From Flavobacteriaceae bacterium (lineage in GTDB: Bacteria; Bacteroidota; Bacteroidia; Flavobacteriales; Weeksellaceae), in assembly GCA_012522185.1 (NCBI GenBank), contig JAAYKY010000028.1, forward strand, positions 520-64,519: 64,000 bases of DNA, given 5' to 3'. Below, in pieces: positions 9,385 through 18,129 of the stretch. The notes beneath the pieces were generated by a model. The model did no database searches, had not been told where the DNA came from, and saw nothing but the letters and a program-made list of their open reading frames with translations. A program made the translations under genes and the position numbers. The stretch's first letter is position 1; every line of letters starts with the position of its first letter.

Positions 9385-10056
9385 ATGAATTCAAATCCAC
9401 ATCAAGAATTAAAAGAGATTCGTTCGCTCATGGAGCGAAGCAGTCGTTTTATGTCGCTCAGTGGCTGGACAGGAATCATGGCCGGCACTTATTCGCTTCT
9501 CGGTGCATTGGCTGCCTATTATGTGATTTTTCAAATCAAATTCAGCCCTGCCTCCATCCCAAGCGAAGTAGAAATTTATGGTTCGGGAAGAGCGGTTCAT
9601 TACAATTACAGCGATTCTACTTCAGAACTATTTTCCACACAAAATCTTTATTTGTTGGGAATTGCAATTTTGGTGATCATTTTATCTGCCGCCACCGCTT
9701 TTTATCAATCTTCGATAAAAGCTCGACACCAAGGCGTCCAACTCTGGAATTCCACGACACGAAGATTATTTGTGCAAGTTTCGATTCCGCTTGTAGCCGG
9801 TGGTTTGTTTTGCATCGCACTTCTTTATTATGGAAATTCGGGATTGATTGCGCCTGCGATGTTGATTTTCTACGGAATGGCTTTGCTGAACGGAAGCAAA
9901 TACACATTGAAAGAATTCCATTCGCTGGCTTTATGTGAAATTGCATTAGGACTGATTTCCTTGTTTTTCGTCGGATATGGTTTGTATTTTTGGGCAATCG
10001 GATTTGGTGTTTTACACATCATTTATGGAATTTTGATGCAAAAGCGATACAAATGA
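9385..10056 (+). CDS. Hypothetical polytopic membrane protein
   Basis: 223 aa with several hydrophobic helices. Its stop overlaps the start of the downstream regulator (ATGA). Confidence 0.6.
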   Translation: MNSNPHQELKEIRSLMERSSRFMSLSGWTGIMAGTYSLLGALAAYYVIFQIKFSPASIPSEVEIYGSGRAVHYNYSDSTSELFSTQNLYLLGIAILVIILSAATAFYQSSIKARHQGVQLWNSTTRRLFVQVSIPLVAGGLFCIALLYYGNSGLIAPAMLIFYGMALLNGSKYTLKEFHSLALCEIALGLISLFFVGYGLYFWAIGFGVLHIIYGILMQKRYK

Positions 10057-10343
10057 GTCTCATTGAAGGGCTAAATAAAAACTTTGAAAACCGCGTACGA
10101 CTTGGTCTGATGTCCGTACTGATGGTCAATGATTGGATGGATTTTACCGAGATGAAAGAATTGCTGGATGTAACTGACGGTAATCTGGCAAGTCATTCAT
10201 CGGCATTGGAAAAAGCAGAATACATCGAAATCAAAAAAGAATTTGTGGGCAAAAAACCCAAAACCTCTTATCGGGTTACACAAAAAGGTCGCGAAGCTTT
10301 CCAAACGCATTTGGCGGCATTGGAAAAGCTTTTGGGAAGTTAA
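10053..10343 (+). CDS. Winged-helix (HTH_34/ArsR-MarR-like) transcriptional regulator
   Basis: 96 aa from the ATG at 10053 (MSLIEGL...). wHTH pattern LGLMSVL...FTEMKELLDVTDGNLASHSSALEKAEYIEIKKEF. The track's 9990 start lies inside the upstream gene. Confidence 0.75.
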   Translation: MSLIEGLNKNFENRVRLGLMSVLMVNDWMDFTEMKELLDVTDGNLASHSSALEKAEYIEIKKEFVGKKPKTSYRVTQKGREAFQTHLAALEKLLGS

Positions 10344-10367
10344 ATTCGAACCTCGAAGTTCGAATTT
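10342..10367 (+). terminator. Hairpin after the regulator gene (possible terminator)
   Basis: AAATTCGAAC / GTTCGAATTT, a 10-bp perfect stem with a 6-nt loop, followed by only a weak T-tract. Confidence 0.45.
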
Positions 10368-10388
10368 CTTGAAAATAAATAATATAAT

Positions 10389-10691
10389 ATGAATTCAAAA
10401 ATTACTCAAAACAACAATAGCCTGATAGTTATTTTCTTATGCGCTTTGGGACTGCTATTGATTCCCCTGATTGCGATGCAGTTTACAAAAGAAGTGAACT
10501 GGACTTTTTCCGATTTCCTGATGATGGGAATTCTTCTTTCCAGCACCGGACTAATCATCGAATTGATTTTGAGGAAAATTAAAACGAAACGACAGCGAAT
10601 TATTTTATGCACAGTCGCAGTCTTTGTTTTCGTATTGCTTTGGGCTGAAATGGCAGTTGGGATTTTCAATTCTCCCATCGCAGGTTCTTAA
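10389..10691 (+). CDS. Small hypothetical membrane protein
   Basis: 100 aa with three hydrophobic segments. No recognisable motif. Confidence 0.5.
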   Translation: MNSKITQNNNSLIVIFLCALGLLLIPLIAMQFTKEVNWTFSDFLMMGILLSSTGLIIELILRKIKTKRQRIILCTVAVFVFVLLWAEMAVGIFNSPIAGS

Positions 10692-10707
10692 AAAATTTTA
10701 CACCTCA

Positions 10708-10724
10708 ACTTTGAAATTCAAAGT
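10708..10724 (+). promoter_or_regulatory. Palindrome ACTTTG-N5-CAAAGT (copy 2)
   Basis: actttg aaatt caaagt, ending 2 nt before the ATG at 10727. Confidence 0.5.
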
Positions 10725-10726
10725 AA

Positions 10727-11575
10727 ATGAAAAAGACGAAATTCATCCGAAAAGCAATATTATTTCTAACGCTTACAGGCAGTGCAATGTTTTATTATGC
10801 ATGGCAAATCGAACCTTTTGATGTAGAATTTGTAGAGTTGGAAATGGAGATCGAAAATCTTCCCCAAGAGCTGGAAGGGAAAACCCTGATGCAAATCAGC
10901 GATACGCACATCGGCGATCGGTTTGATTACAAATATCTGATTGAAAATTTTCAAAAAGCACAGCAAATGAACCCCGATATTGTGGTTTACACAGGTGATT
11001 TTCTGGCCTATAAATCCCCGAAACAATTTCAACAACTGGCAGAAGTTTCTCCTCATTTTGTGAAAGGAAAACTGGGGACAATTGGAGTTTTGGGCAATCA
11101 CGATTACGGCAAAAACTGGGCAGAGCCCGATGTAGCAAACCGAATTGCAAGAGATTTGGAAACCGCCGGAATTCAGATTCTTCGCAACGAATCTCTGGAA
11201 GTTCAAGGTTTAACCATTTTGGGAATGGATGATCTTTACGGCACTCATTTCGAAGGAGAAAAACTAATGAAAACCTATCGAAAATCAGCTGCCTACTTGG
11301 TTCTTTGTCATAATCCCGACGCACTGGATTTACCAATTTGGAATGATTATCGGGGTTGGATTTTATCGGGTCACACCCATGGCGGACAAGTTAAATTGCC
11401 ATTTTTTCGTCCGCCCGTTTTACCTGTAAAAAACAAAAACTATTCATCGGGAAAGATTGAGCTGAATGATGGGCGAACTTTGTACATCAACCGTGCATTA
11501 GGACACACATATCAAATCCGATTTAATGTAAGACCTGAAATCACTTTGTTTAAACTGAAAGCTAAAAAAATTTAA
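10727..11575 (+). CDS. Metallophosphoesterase (YkuE/calcineurin-like)
   Basis: N-terminal TM anchor. Motifs SDTHIG, TGDF, GNHDYG and SGHTHGGQ. Confidence 0.85.
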   Translation: MKKTKFIRKAILFLTLTGSAMFYYAWQIEPFDVEFVELEMEIENLPQELEGKTLMQISDTHIGDRFDYKYLIENFQKAQQMNPDIVVYTGDFLAYKSPKQFQQLAEVSPHFVKGKLGTIGVLGNHDYGKNWAEPDVANRIARDLETAGIQILRNESLEVQGLTILGMDDLYGTHFEGEKLMKTYRKSAAYLVLCHNPDALDLPIWNDYRGWILSGHTHGGQVKLPFFRPPVLPVKNKNYSSGKIELNDGRTLYINRALGHTYQIRFNVRPEITLFKLKAKKI

Positions 11576-11581
11576 CAATAT

Positions 11582-11598
11582 ACTTTGAATTTCAAAGT
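11582..11598 (+). promoter_or_regulatory. Palindrome ACTTTG-N5-CAAAGT (copy 3)
   Basis: actttg aattt caaagt, 17 nt upstream of the ATG at 11616. The flanks also resemble copy 1 (TACTTTG..TCAAAGTTCTTTaAAA). Confidence 0.5.
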
Positions 11599-11615
11599 TC
11601 TTTAAAAAAAGAATT

Positions 11616-12095
11616 ATGAATCATAGATTAAATCTTATGTTGTGGCTCTACGATTGGTCACAGATTTTTTACGCCCAATTTTTCAAGCGAAACAAAAAGG
11701 CTTGGGGAATTTCCAAGCAGGAATTTTTGTTATATCCCGAAGGAACTTTGGGAAAAGCTTTGGGTGAATTCTATTTATCGAAAGGTTTTTCGGTTATGCC
11801 CAAACTCGAAAACCACGATGTTTTTCATATTTTGACGGACACTGGAACGGAAATTCAGGATGAAATTGCCATGCAATATTTGCTTTTCGGAAATGGGAAA
11901 TTGAGTTTGTATATGTTTGCGATGATCGGATTCGGGACGGTTCTCTACCCTGAATTTTTGATATATTATTTAAAATCGTATCGGAAAGGAAAATCCATGC
12001 AGAAATTTTACGATTGGGAATTCAAGGAACAACTGGACAGCTCTCTGATTTATTTGAAGGCTTTCATCCGATCCAAAAATCATCTCTTCATCTGA
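11616..12095 (+). CDS. Coq4-family-like protein (HDxxH-x11-E zinc motif)
   Basis: 159 aa. HDVFH ILTDTGTEIQD E (nt 11814-11864) matches the Coq4 family metal-binding motif with the correct spacing. Confidence 0.55.
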   Translation: MNHRLNLMLWLYDWSQIFYAQFFKRNKKAWGISKQEFLLYPEGTLGKALGEFYLSKGFSVMPKLENHDVFHILTDTGTEIQDEIAMQYLLFGNGKLSLYMFAMIGFGTVLYPEFLIYYLKSYRKGKSMQKFYDWEFKEQLDSSLIYLKAFIRSKNHLFI

Positions 12096-12181
12096 TTTTT
12101 AACGAATTTAGGTTAAAACTTAACAGTATCAGGTTTTGAAAGCTGGCATAGGTTTTCCTAACTTCGCAACAAATTTTTTTA

Positions 12182-12844
12182 ATGGAAGCAATTGAGTCGC
12201 TAATTGATTTTGTTCTACATATTGACCAACATTTAGAATACTTCATCAACACCTATGGGTATTGGGTTTATGCCATTTTATTTCTGATTGTTTTTGTGGA
12301 AACCGGAGTAGTAGTCATGCCTTTTTTACCGGGCGATTCTTTGTTGTTTGCAGCGGGAATGTTGGCTGCTCAGCAAAACGATTTGAACGTTTGGATTGTC
12401 ATTGGATTATTACTTATTGCAGCGATTTCAGGCGATTCCCTCAACTATTCGATAGGACAAAAATTTGGTATGAAAGTCACGCGGATTAAGATTTTCGGGA
12501 AACAGTTTGTGCAACAAGAACACATCGACAAAACCCATTCTTTTTATGAAAAATACGGAAGCAAAACCATTGTCATCGCCAGGTTTGTACCGATTGTTCG
12601 AACGCTTGCTCCTTTCGTAGCGGGCATTGGTCGGATGAGTTATAAAACCTTTATTACTTATAATATTTTGGGTGCAATTCTTTGGGTGGTGGGCGTTACA
12701 CTTGTCGGCTATTTCCTTGGAAACATCCCAATCATCAAAGATAATTTCTCCAAAGTTGTCATCGGAATCATCATTATTTCCCTTCTTCCAATTGTTTACG
12801 AAATCATCAAAGAGAAATATTTCAACAAGGAAAAAGCAGCTTAA
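12182..12844 (+). CDS. DedA family (VTT domain) membrane protein
   Basis: 220 aa. Signature VETGVVVMPFLPGDSLLFAAG and FVPIVRTLAPFVAG. Confidence 0.85.
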   Translation: MEAIESLIDFVLHIDQHLEYFINTYGYWVYAILFLIVFVETGVVVMPFLPGDSLLFAAGMLAAQQNDLNVWIVIGLLLIAAISGDSLNYSIGQKFGMKVTRIKIFGKQFVQQEHIDKTHSFYEKYGSKTIVIARFVPIVRTLAPFVAGIGRMSYKTFITYNILGAILWVVGVTLVGYFLGNIPIIKDNFSKVVIGIIIISLLPIVYEIIKEKYFNKEKAA

Positions 12845-12877
12845 TTTCTAGAACTTTTTTCAAGATTTGAACGCTTT

Positions 12878-13636
12878 TTATTTGGATTTAAATTTCAATA
12901 AAGTTTCTTTGGTAAAATCTGAAAGCACGAGTCTTCCGCTCATTTCGGCTCTTTCTTCCATGAGTTTGGGCAGATGATCGGTTCCTTGCCAGAAAATGGA
13001 TTTCAAATCGCGCATGGCTTCGAGGCTATAAACCGAAAGTTCACGTGCAAACTTCATTGTTTCTTCTTGACAAGTTTCGGCATCGGTAAACACATGGTTG
13101 TAAATTCCTTTTTCTTTCAACCATTGCGGCGATTTCCATTCGGTCGGATTCATGGTCATTTCCGAAAAAGCAGTAATCCCAATTTTTCGTGTAATCGCTG
13201 GTTCAATCACAAAAGGTCCAATCCCTATCGATAATTCACTCAAACGCGCCGATGCATTTTCATCGGCCAGCGCATAATCACAAGCCGAAGCCAGACCTAC
13301 TCCACCGCCCACTACCTTGCCGTTGATACAACCAACGATGAATTTCGGACAGCGACGCATCGCCAAAATCACATTGGCAAATCCTAAAAAAAACTTTTTG
13401 CCTTTTTCAAATTCATCAATCGTCAATAATTCATCAAATGAAGCTCCGGCGCTGAAAACTTTCTCTCCTGCGCTTTTCAAAATGATGATTTTCACCTCGT
13501 CGTTTCGTCCCAAATCATCAAAAACTCGAATCAATTCGCTAAGTTGAGTACTCGGAAATGAATTGCTTTTTGGATGATAGAATTCCACCGTTGCTATGTT
13601 TTGAATTATATCTGATTTGATGTAATAAGATTCCAT
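12878..13636 (-). CDS. Enoyl-CoA hydratase/isomerase family protein
   Basis: 252 aa. Crotonase fold signature GCINGKVVGGGVGLASACD. Confidence 0.8.
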   Translation of the reverse strand: MESYYIKSDIIQNIATVEFYHPKSNSFPSTQLSELIRVFDDLGRNDEVKIIILKSAGEKVFSAGASFDELLTIDEFEKGKKFFLGFANVILAMRRCPKFIVGCINGKVVGGGVGLASACDYALADENASARLSELSIGIGPFVIEPAITRKIGITAFSEMTMNPTEWKSPQWLKEKGIYNHVFTDAETCQEETMKFARELSVYSLEAMRDLKSIFWQGTDHLPKLMEERAEMSGRLVLSDFTKETLLKFKSK

Positions 13637-13653
13637 TTTCTTCTTTTTTAAAA

Positions 13654-14679
13654 TTAATTCTCGGTGTTGTAGTACAATTTATAAAACTTTTTGCCTTCCT
13701 CGTCCGTACCTTGTTCGATCATTTGTCGGTTTCCATGCACGTAAATATGGAAATTTTTATCGAGCTTGATGATGCTTTTGAAAAATCTTGCTTGTTTTTT
13801 AACTGCGTTTTTGGATATTTCAAAATGATCGTTTACATCGACTTCATAAACTTCCTCGTATCTTTTTTTATAATCATCGAAACTTTGTTTCAATTCTTCT
13901 TGCGCTAAAACTTGGTCCGCAAAATCATTTAATTCAAACACTTCCGATTCCTTAAAAAACTTCATAGTATTATTTAATAAATCCACCTGATCTACTTTTG
14001 AGACCTCAAATTCTTCAGGTAATTTATCCATCACATAACTTTTGCAAAGGTTCAATGTGTTTTCGGTATCGAAATATTCATTTTTAATTTGAGAAACTTT
14101 TAAAAACTCATCGTTCCACAATCCAAATTCCTCTCCTTTCCCATTATCAATGGAAGCTACCATATATCCGTCATCTTCACATCGGTTAAAAACCAAACAG
14201 GCTTTATCGATTTTTGACAAAGCAATTCCTTCTTCTGTCCAGATTTCGTAGGCATTTTCATTGGGTTGCACTTTTAAAATCCTTTCTTTTGACTCGGATT
14301 TATAAATTCCGATGGCACGGGCATTTTCACCATCTACCAAAGCATCGGGAAAGAAAACGACGAAGAGATTTCCACCTTTTCCTTTTGGGTGTGAAGTTGT
14401 TTTAAAAAGTTGTTCTGCGATTTGTACGGATTGTGTCAACAATTGCGTGGGATCTTCAAAAATTTGTTTTACCGATCCAAATACCGGATTTTCTTCCGTA
14501 TGGAATTGAAAATACTCATCGGTTTTAAAAGGTTTTGTAAAAAAATTGTACAAAGTATCGCTTAATTCGGGTGGATAAAAACTCAGGGTTTTAGAAAGGT
14601 GAATATCCTCTTCCAAAGCTCGATTTCCTACTCGGTGAACTACTAAATCAAAGGTTTCTTCCGGATTTATAAAATGCAT
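13654..14679 (-). CDS. Nucleoid-associated protein (NdpA/YejK-like), tentative
   Basis: 341 aa. The N-terminal VVHRVGN motif and overall length match Bacteroidota NdpA-like proteins as I remember them. Confidence 0.5.
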   Translation of the reverse strand: MHFINPEETFDLVVHRVGNRALEEDIHLSKTLSFYPPELSDTLYNFFTKPFKTDEYFQFHTEENPVFGSVKQIFEDPTQLLTQSVQIAEQLFKTTSHPKGKGGNLFVVFFPDALVDGENARAIGIYKSESKERILKVQPNENAYEIWTEEGIALSKIDKACLVFNRCEDDGYMVASIDNGKGEEFGLWNDEFLKVSQIKNEYFDTENTLNLCKSYVMDKLPEEFEVSKVDQVDLLNNTMKFFKESEVFELNDFADQVLAQEELKQSFDDYKKRYEEVYEVDVNDHFEISKNAVKKQARFFKSIIKLDKNFHIYVHGNRQMIEQGTDEEGKKFYKLYYNTEN

Positions 14680-14816
14680 TTTTCTGAATATTAAGACAGC
14701 GAAATTAAGACTTAAACTGGGAAAGAAAAAAGATTCAAATCAGGCATTTTTAAATAATTTATTAAATTTCGATATTGGCTTTGGAGGTTTGGGATTTTAT
14801 TCTACCTTAGCCACCT

Positions 14817-14900
14817 ATCCTAATTATCACAGTCCACGCAATTTATCTTTTGACTAGAAAAAGAGAGGTTAATCTTTTTCTTTAATTTAATAATTAGGAT
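14817..14900 (+). promoter_or_regulatory. Nested inverted repeats in the leader of the Fib_succ gene
   Basis: Outer 11-bp perfect inverted repeat: ATCCTAATTAT (14817-14827) / ATAATTAGGAT (14890-14900), ending 1 nt before the ATG. Inner 8-bp stem: AGAAAAAG (14856-63) / CTTTTTCT (14874-81). Confidence 0.45.
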
Positions 14901-14901
14901 T

Positions 14902-17900
14902 ATGAAGTTTTTATATAAAACAGCTTCTTACCTCCTTTTAAACCTAATTTTCGTTTCAGCCTCCGCACAGGAATTCGTCCCCCCAGCTGACAGTTTCAAC
15001 GGAGAATCCTTCCAAATCTCTCAACCGATTTCAGAGGGTGAATTTCCATCGTTGAACTTGTCAGAAAACCAAAATTCCACTGGTTATTTGCGCGCTCCCA
15101 ATAGTTATATTTACAATTTGGATTTGGTCGAAGCTCATCAGTATTCGGGATTGAAAATTCCGGTAAAAAAAGCCTTTGATATTTGGGAAAGTCCGGATTG
15201 GTTTCTCAACGAGGCATTGCCTCTAGGAGAGCTATCGGCTTATCTTTTTTGGGAAGACATTCCGGGACTTATCGAAGAAGTGGAAATGGAATCGGCTTCC
15301 AATCCTGAAAATTCCAAAATCATCGTGAAAATTAATTCCAATAAAGGCAAAGGAAATGCGGTTGTTTCATTGCATCTGGGTTCTCATGGAAATTCAGAAG
15401 ATCCCATTGTCTGGAGTTGGCATATTTGGGTTACGGACAATCCCTCCAACGGAGTTTCATTTGGCCAAGGTTTGGAAACCGACCTCAATGGTACGCCGTT
15501 TGAGCCACATTATATGGATCGAAATCTCGGTGCGATTGAAAGTGAAATTCTGGGAGATAACTGGCATCGAAACGCAGGACTTCTGTACCAATGGGGACGA
15601 AAAGACCCCATTCCTTCAATGGTAAATAAAGATTTTTCATTTTATGAATTAAATGGTTTGGTAGGCTATATGCGAAACCGTGAAGGAATTCATTTTGGAA
15701 ATATTTTACCGGAAGTCAACCGACCGTATGCAGATATTTCTGATAATTTAAAATATTCGGTTCGAAATCCAATTGATTACCTCATCAATGAAGATTCGGG
15801 TACTTGGTTTTCTTCTCAACAATACCGTGTCCCTCATTCCAATCCTCAAGAAGTCATTGCTTGGGATTTATGGAGTGACAATAGACGCGGTGAAAATTCT
15901 AATGCCAATAGTAGCATTCCTGAAGTCAAAGAAGACAGTCGTTCTTACGAGCTTAAATCCCCTTATGATCCTTGTCCTAATGGTTGGAGAATTCCTTCTT
16001 ATCTAGGGCGAGTGACAACGAATAATAATTTAAGTCCATGGGGTAGAAAAAACAGCGGCGGAAATGATGACACCAATCCTTCCCGCAATAGTTTTTATCC
16101 GCATACCGAAAACTCTGCTATCATCGATGCTCAAGTTCATAGTGGTTTGGGAATTGACTTCACGGATGCTTATGATTCAAATTCCAACTCGAGAGATATA
16201 GGGAAATTCCCTATGACAGGTTACTATGTCCGATATCTCCAAAATGGTACAGCCCGAGTGGTTTATCAGGACGAAGCGGCGATTGCTGCCATTTGGTCGG
16301 CCACTTATGCATTGGGTGGCGCCAGGTATTTACGAGTGGTTACCGACCCCATGCGTCCGGATATTGGAGAATTTGGACTGAATCAAATTATGATCAATCA
16401 AACCACATTCAGCATGGAAGCCCTTGCCGTTCGTTGTATGAAAGACCCCAATCATTTGCACATCGGTGATTTCCCTACAGAATATATTTCAGCAACGAAA
16501 GAATATTTTACAGACGGCCTTCAGAATCCGAATAGTTATATCATCCAAGGTGAAACAGAATTATTGATTCCAGTCAATAAGGCTTTTTCGGCTTATGAAA
16601 AGTTATTTCCCAACGAAGAAAACCTCCCGAATGATCAATTGGTCGCAAATGTTTATTGGACAGACAATCCTGAAATGGTGCATAGCCTCCGATTAATTGG
16701 AGAAGGTGATTCGCGACAAAAGTTGATTCGAGTAGAATTGAATCCTAATCAAAAAGGAAATGCTGTGGTTTCGCTTCACAATGGTTCGGTGAACAATCCA
16801 GTTTATTGGAGCTGGCATTTATGGGCAGCAGCAGATGAAATTCAGAAAATCACATATGTAAATCAGGAGATTTTACCAGCTGAATATCATTTTGTAAATG
16901 CAACGGGAAGTGAAAATCCGGCTTTGACCACGGTTTTTATGGATCGAAATTTAGGGGCTTTGCATGATTTGCCTATTGAAATCAAAGAATATCCTGAGCT
17001 TCCCGAATTGCTCCAAGAAGTTGAACTTTCGGGTGGGCTTCATTACCAATGGGGTAGAAAAGATCCAATTCCTTCTTTCCGATATGTGGGAGGCAAAGAA
17101 TACGAAATTTACAAAGGCGTTTCGGTGGATTCGAACGGAATTGTTTCCTATTCAACTCTAAATCAACTGAACCATCAAAATCAATTCACAGAAACTTATT
17201 CGGAATACGAAACTGCTTTCCGACCGAATGCATCGGATGACAAACACAAAAAGGCCGATAAAGTTCTTCAGTATGCTGTTCAAAATCCACTCACCTATTT
17301 ACATCATTCCACTACAGCGAATTCCGACTGGATTTCAGATGAATTTGCACTTTTGCCCGAACGTTGGGGGCATGGCCTTGACAAATCCATTTACGATCCT
17401 TGTCCGGAGGGATGGCGTATTCCCGATACTTTTAGGGTGTATGAAAACGGGCGCGGAAGTTCGCCTTGGTACAATGGGGAAAAATTAGGCTCCTTGCAAG
17501 GAAATCCACAATTTATAGGAAGTCACTACGGAGGATCCTTTTTTCATCATGACCATCAAGCAATAGGTTGGTTTTTCACCGACAATGAATATGAAATTGG
17601 GCATTTCCCTACTACCGGGATGATAGGGAAATTCTCACCGAATTCCATTGGTGGAACCAGCATCAACCAAGCGATCACTGGAATTTGGACAGCTGCTCTG
17701 ACCCAACAATTGAAAGGACACGCACTTGCTATGTCAATAGGTAGAATCGACGGAAGCGACCACAAAATGATAGCCACCGGAAATACTTCGCCGGCTTATG
17801 GCTTAAATGTCAGATGTGCCATCGACAGACCTCGTTATGAAGGTTATGTAGGGGAAGATTATTTCAATTTATCCATTCGGGATTTTAGTCAAAACGCAAA

Positions 17901-18126
17901 AGAGAATTTCAAAATTTTCCCCAATCCGGTGAAAGATATTTTGAATGTTTCTTCAAAATTAAATCTAAGAATTGAAATTTATAATTTGGAAGGACGACTT
18001 ATCAAGAAAGAAATTTTCCAGAACAGCAAAGTCAATTTGAGCGATTTACAAAAGGGAGTTTACATCGGACTGATTTATGAAAACGGGAAAAATGAATTTA
18101 CGACAGTGAAAATCATCAAAGAATAA
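14902..18126 (+). CDS. T9SS type A-sorted surface protein with two tandem Fibrobacter-succinogenes-major-paralogous (Fib_succ) domain modules
   Basis: Signal peptide. Two repeats, each with GNAVVSLH..WSWH(I/L)W, FMDRNLGA-type, YQWGRKDPIPS and YDPCP(N/E)GWRIP motifs. C-terminal Por_Secre_tail (FKIFPNPVKDILNV...IYNLEGRLI...GVYIGLI). Confidence 0.8.
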   Translation: MKFLYKTASYLLLNLIFVSASAQEFVPPADSFNGESFQISQPISEGEFPSLNLSENQNSTGYLRAPNSYIYNLDLVEAHQYSGLKIPVKKAFDIWESPDWFLNEALPLGELSAYLFWEDIPGLIEEVEMESASNPENSKIIVKINSNKGKGNAVVSLHLGSHGNSEDPIVWSWHIWVTDNPSNGVSFGQGLETDLNGTPFEPHYMDRNLGAIESEILGDNWHRNAGLLYQWGRKDPIPSMVNKDFSFYELNGLVGYMRNREGIHFGNILPEVNRPYADISDNLKYSVRNPIDYLINEDSGTWFSSQQYRVPHSNPQEVIAWDLWSDNRRGENSNANSSIPEVKEDSRSYELKSPYDPCPNGWRIPSYLGRVTTNNNLSPWGRKNSGGNDDTNPSRNSFYPHTENSAIIDAQVHSGLGIDFTDAYDSNSNSRDIGKFPMTGYYVRYLQNGTARVVYQDEAAIAAIWSATYALGGARYLRVVTDPMRPDIGEFGLNQIMINQTTFSMEALAVRCMKDPNHLHIGDFPTEYISATKEYFTDGLQNPNSYIIQGETELLIPVNKAFSAYEKLFPNEENLPNDQLVANVYWTDNPEMVHSLRLIGEGDSRQKLIRVELNPNQKGNAVVSLHNGSVNNPVYWSWHLWAAADEIQKITYVNQEILPAEYHFVNATGSENPALTTVFMDRNLGALHDLPIEIKEYPELPELLQEVELSGGLHYQWGRKDPIPSFRYVGGKEYEIYKGVSVDSNGIVSYSTLNQLNHQNQFTETYSEYETAFRPNASDDKHKKADKVLQYAVQNPLTYLHHSTTANSDWISDEFALLPERWGHGLDKSIYDPCPEGWRIPDTFRVYENGRGSSPWYNGEKLGSLQGNPQFIGSHYGGSFFHHDHQAIGWFFTDNEYEIGHFPTTGMIGKFSPNSIGGTSINQAITGIWTAALTQQLKGHALAMSIGRIDGSDHKMIATGNTSPAYGLNVRCAIDRPRYEGYVGEDYFNLSIRDFSQNAKENFKIFPNPVKDILNVSSKLNLRIEIYNLEGRLIKKEIFQNSKVNLSDLQKGVYIGLIYENGKNEFTTVKIIKE

Positions 18127-18129
18127 AAC

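Noticed and set aside
9990-10052. N-terminal extension of the wHTH regulator as given in the ORF track (117 aa).
   Set aside because: The extension lies entirely inside the upstream membrane-protein gene. The ATG at 10053 forms an ATGA stop/start overlap, and the product from there begins where the wHTH fold is expected to begin.
10766-11336. Two overlapping 146-aa minus-strand ORFs opposite the metallophosphoesterase gene.
   Set aside because: The plus-strand frame carries all metallophosphoesterase motifs. The antisense products look random and overlap each other in different frames.
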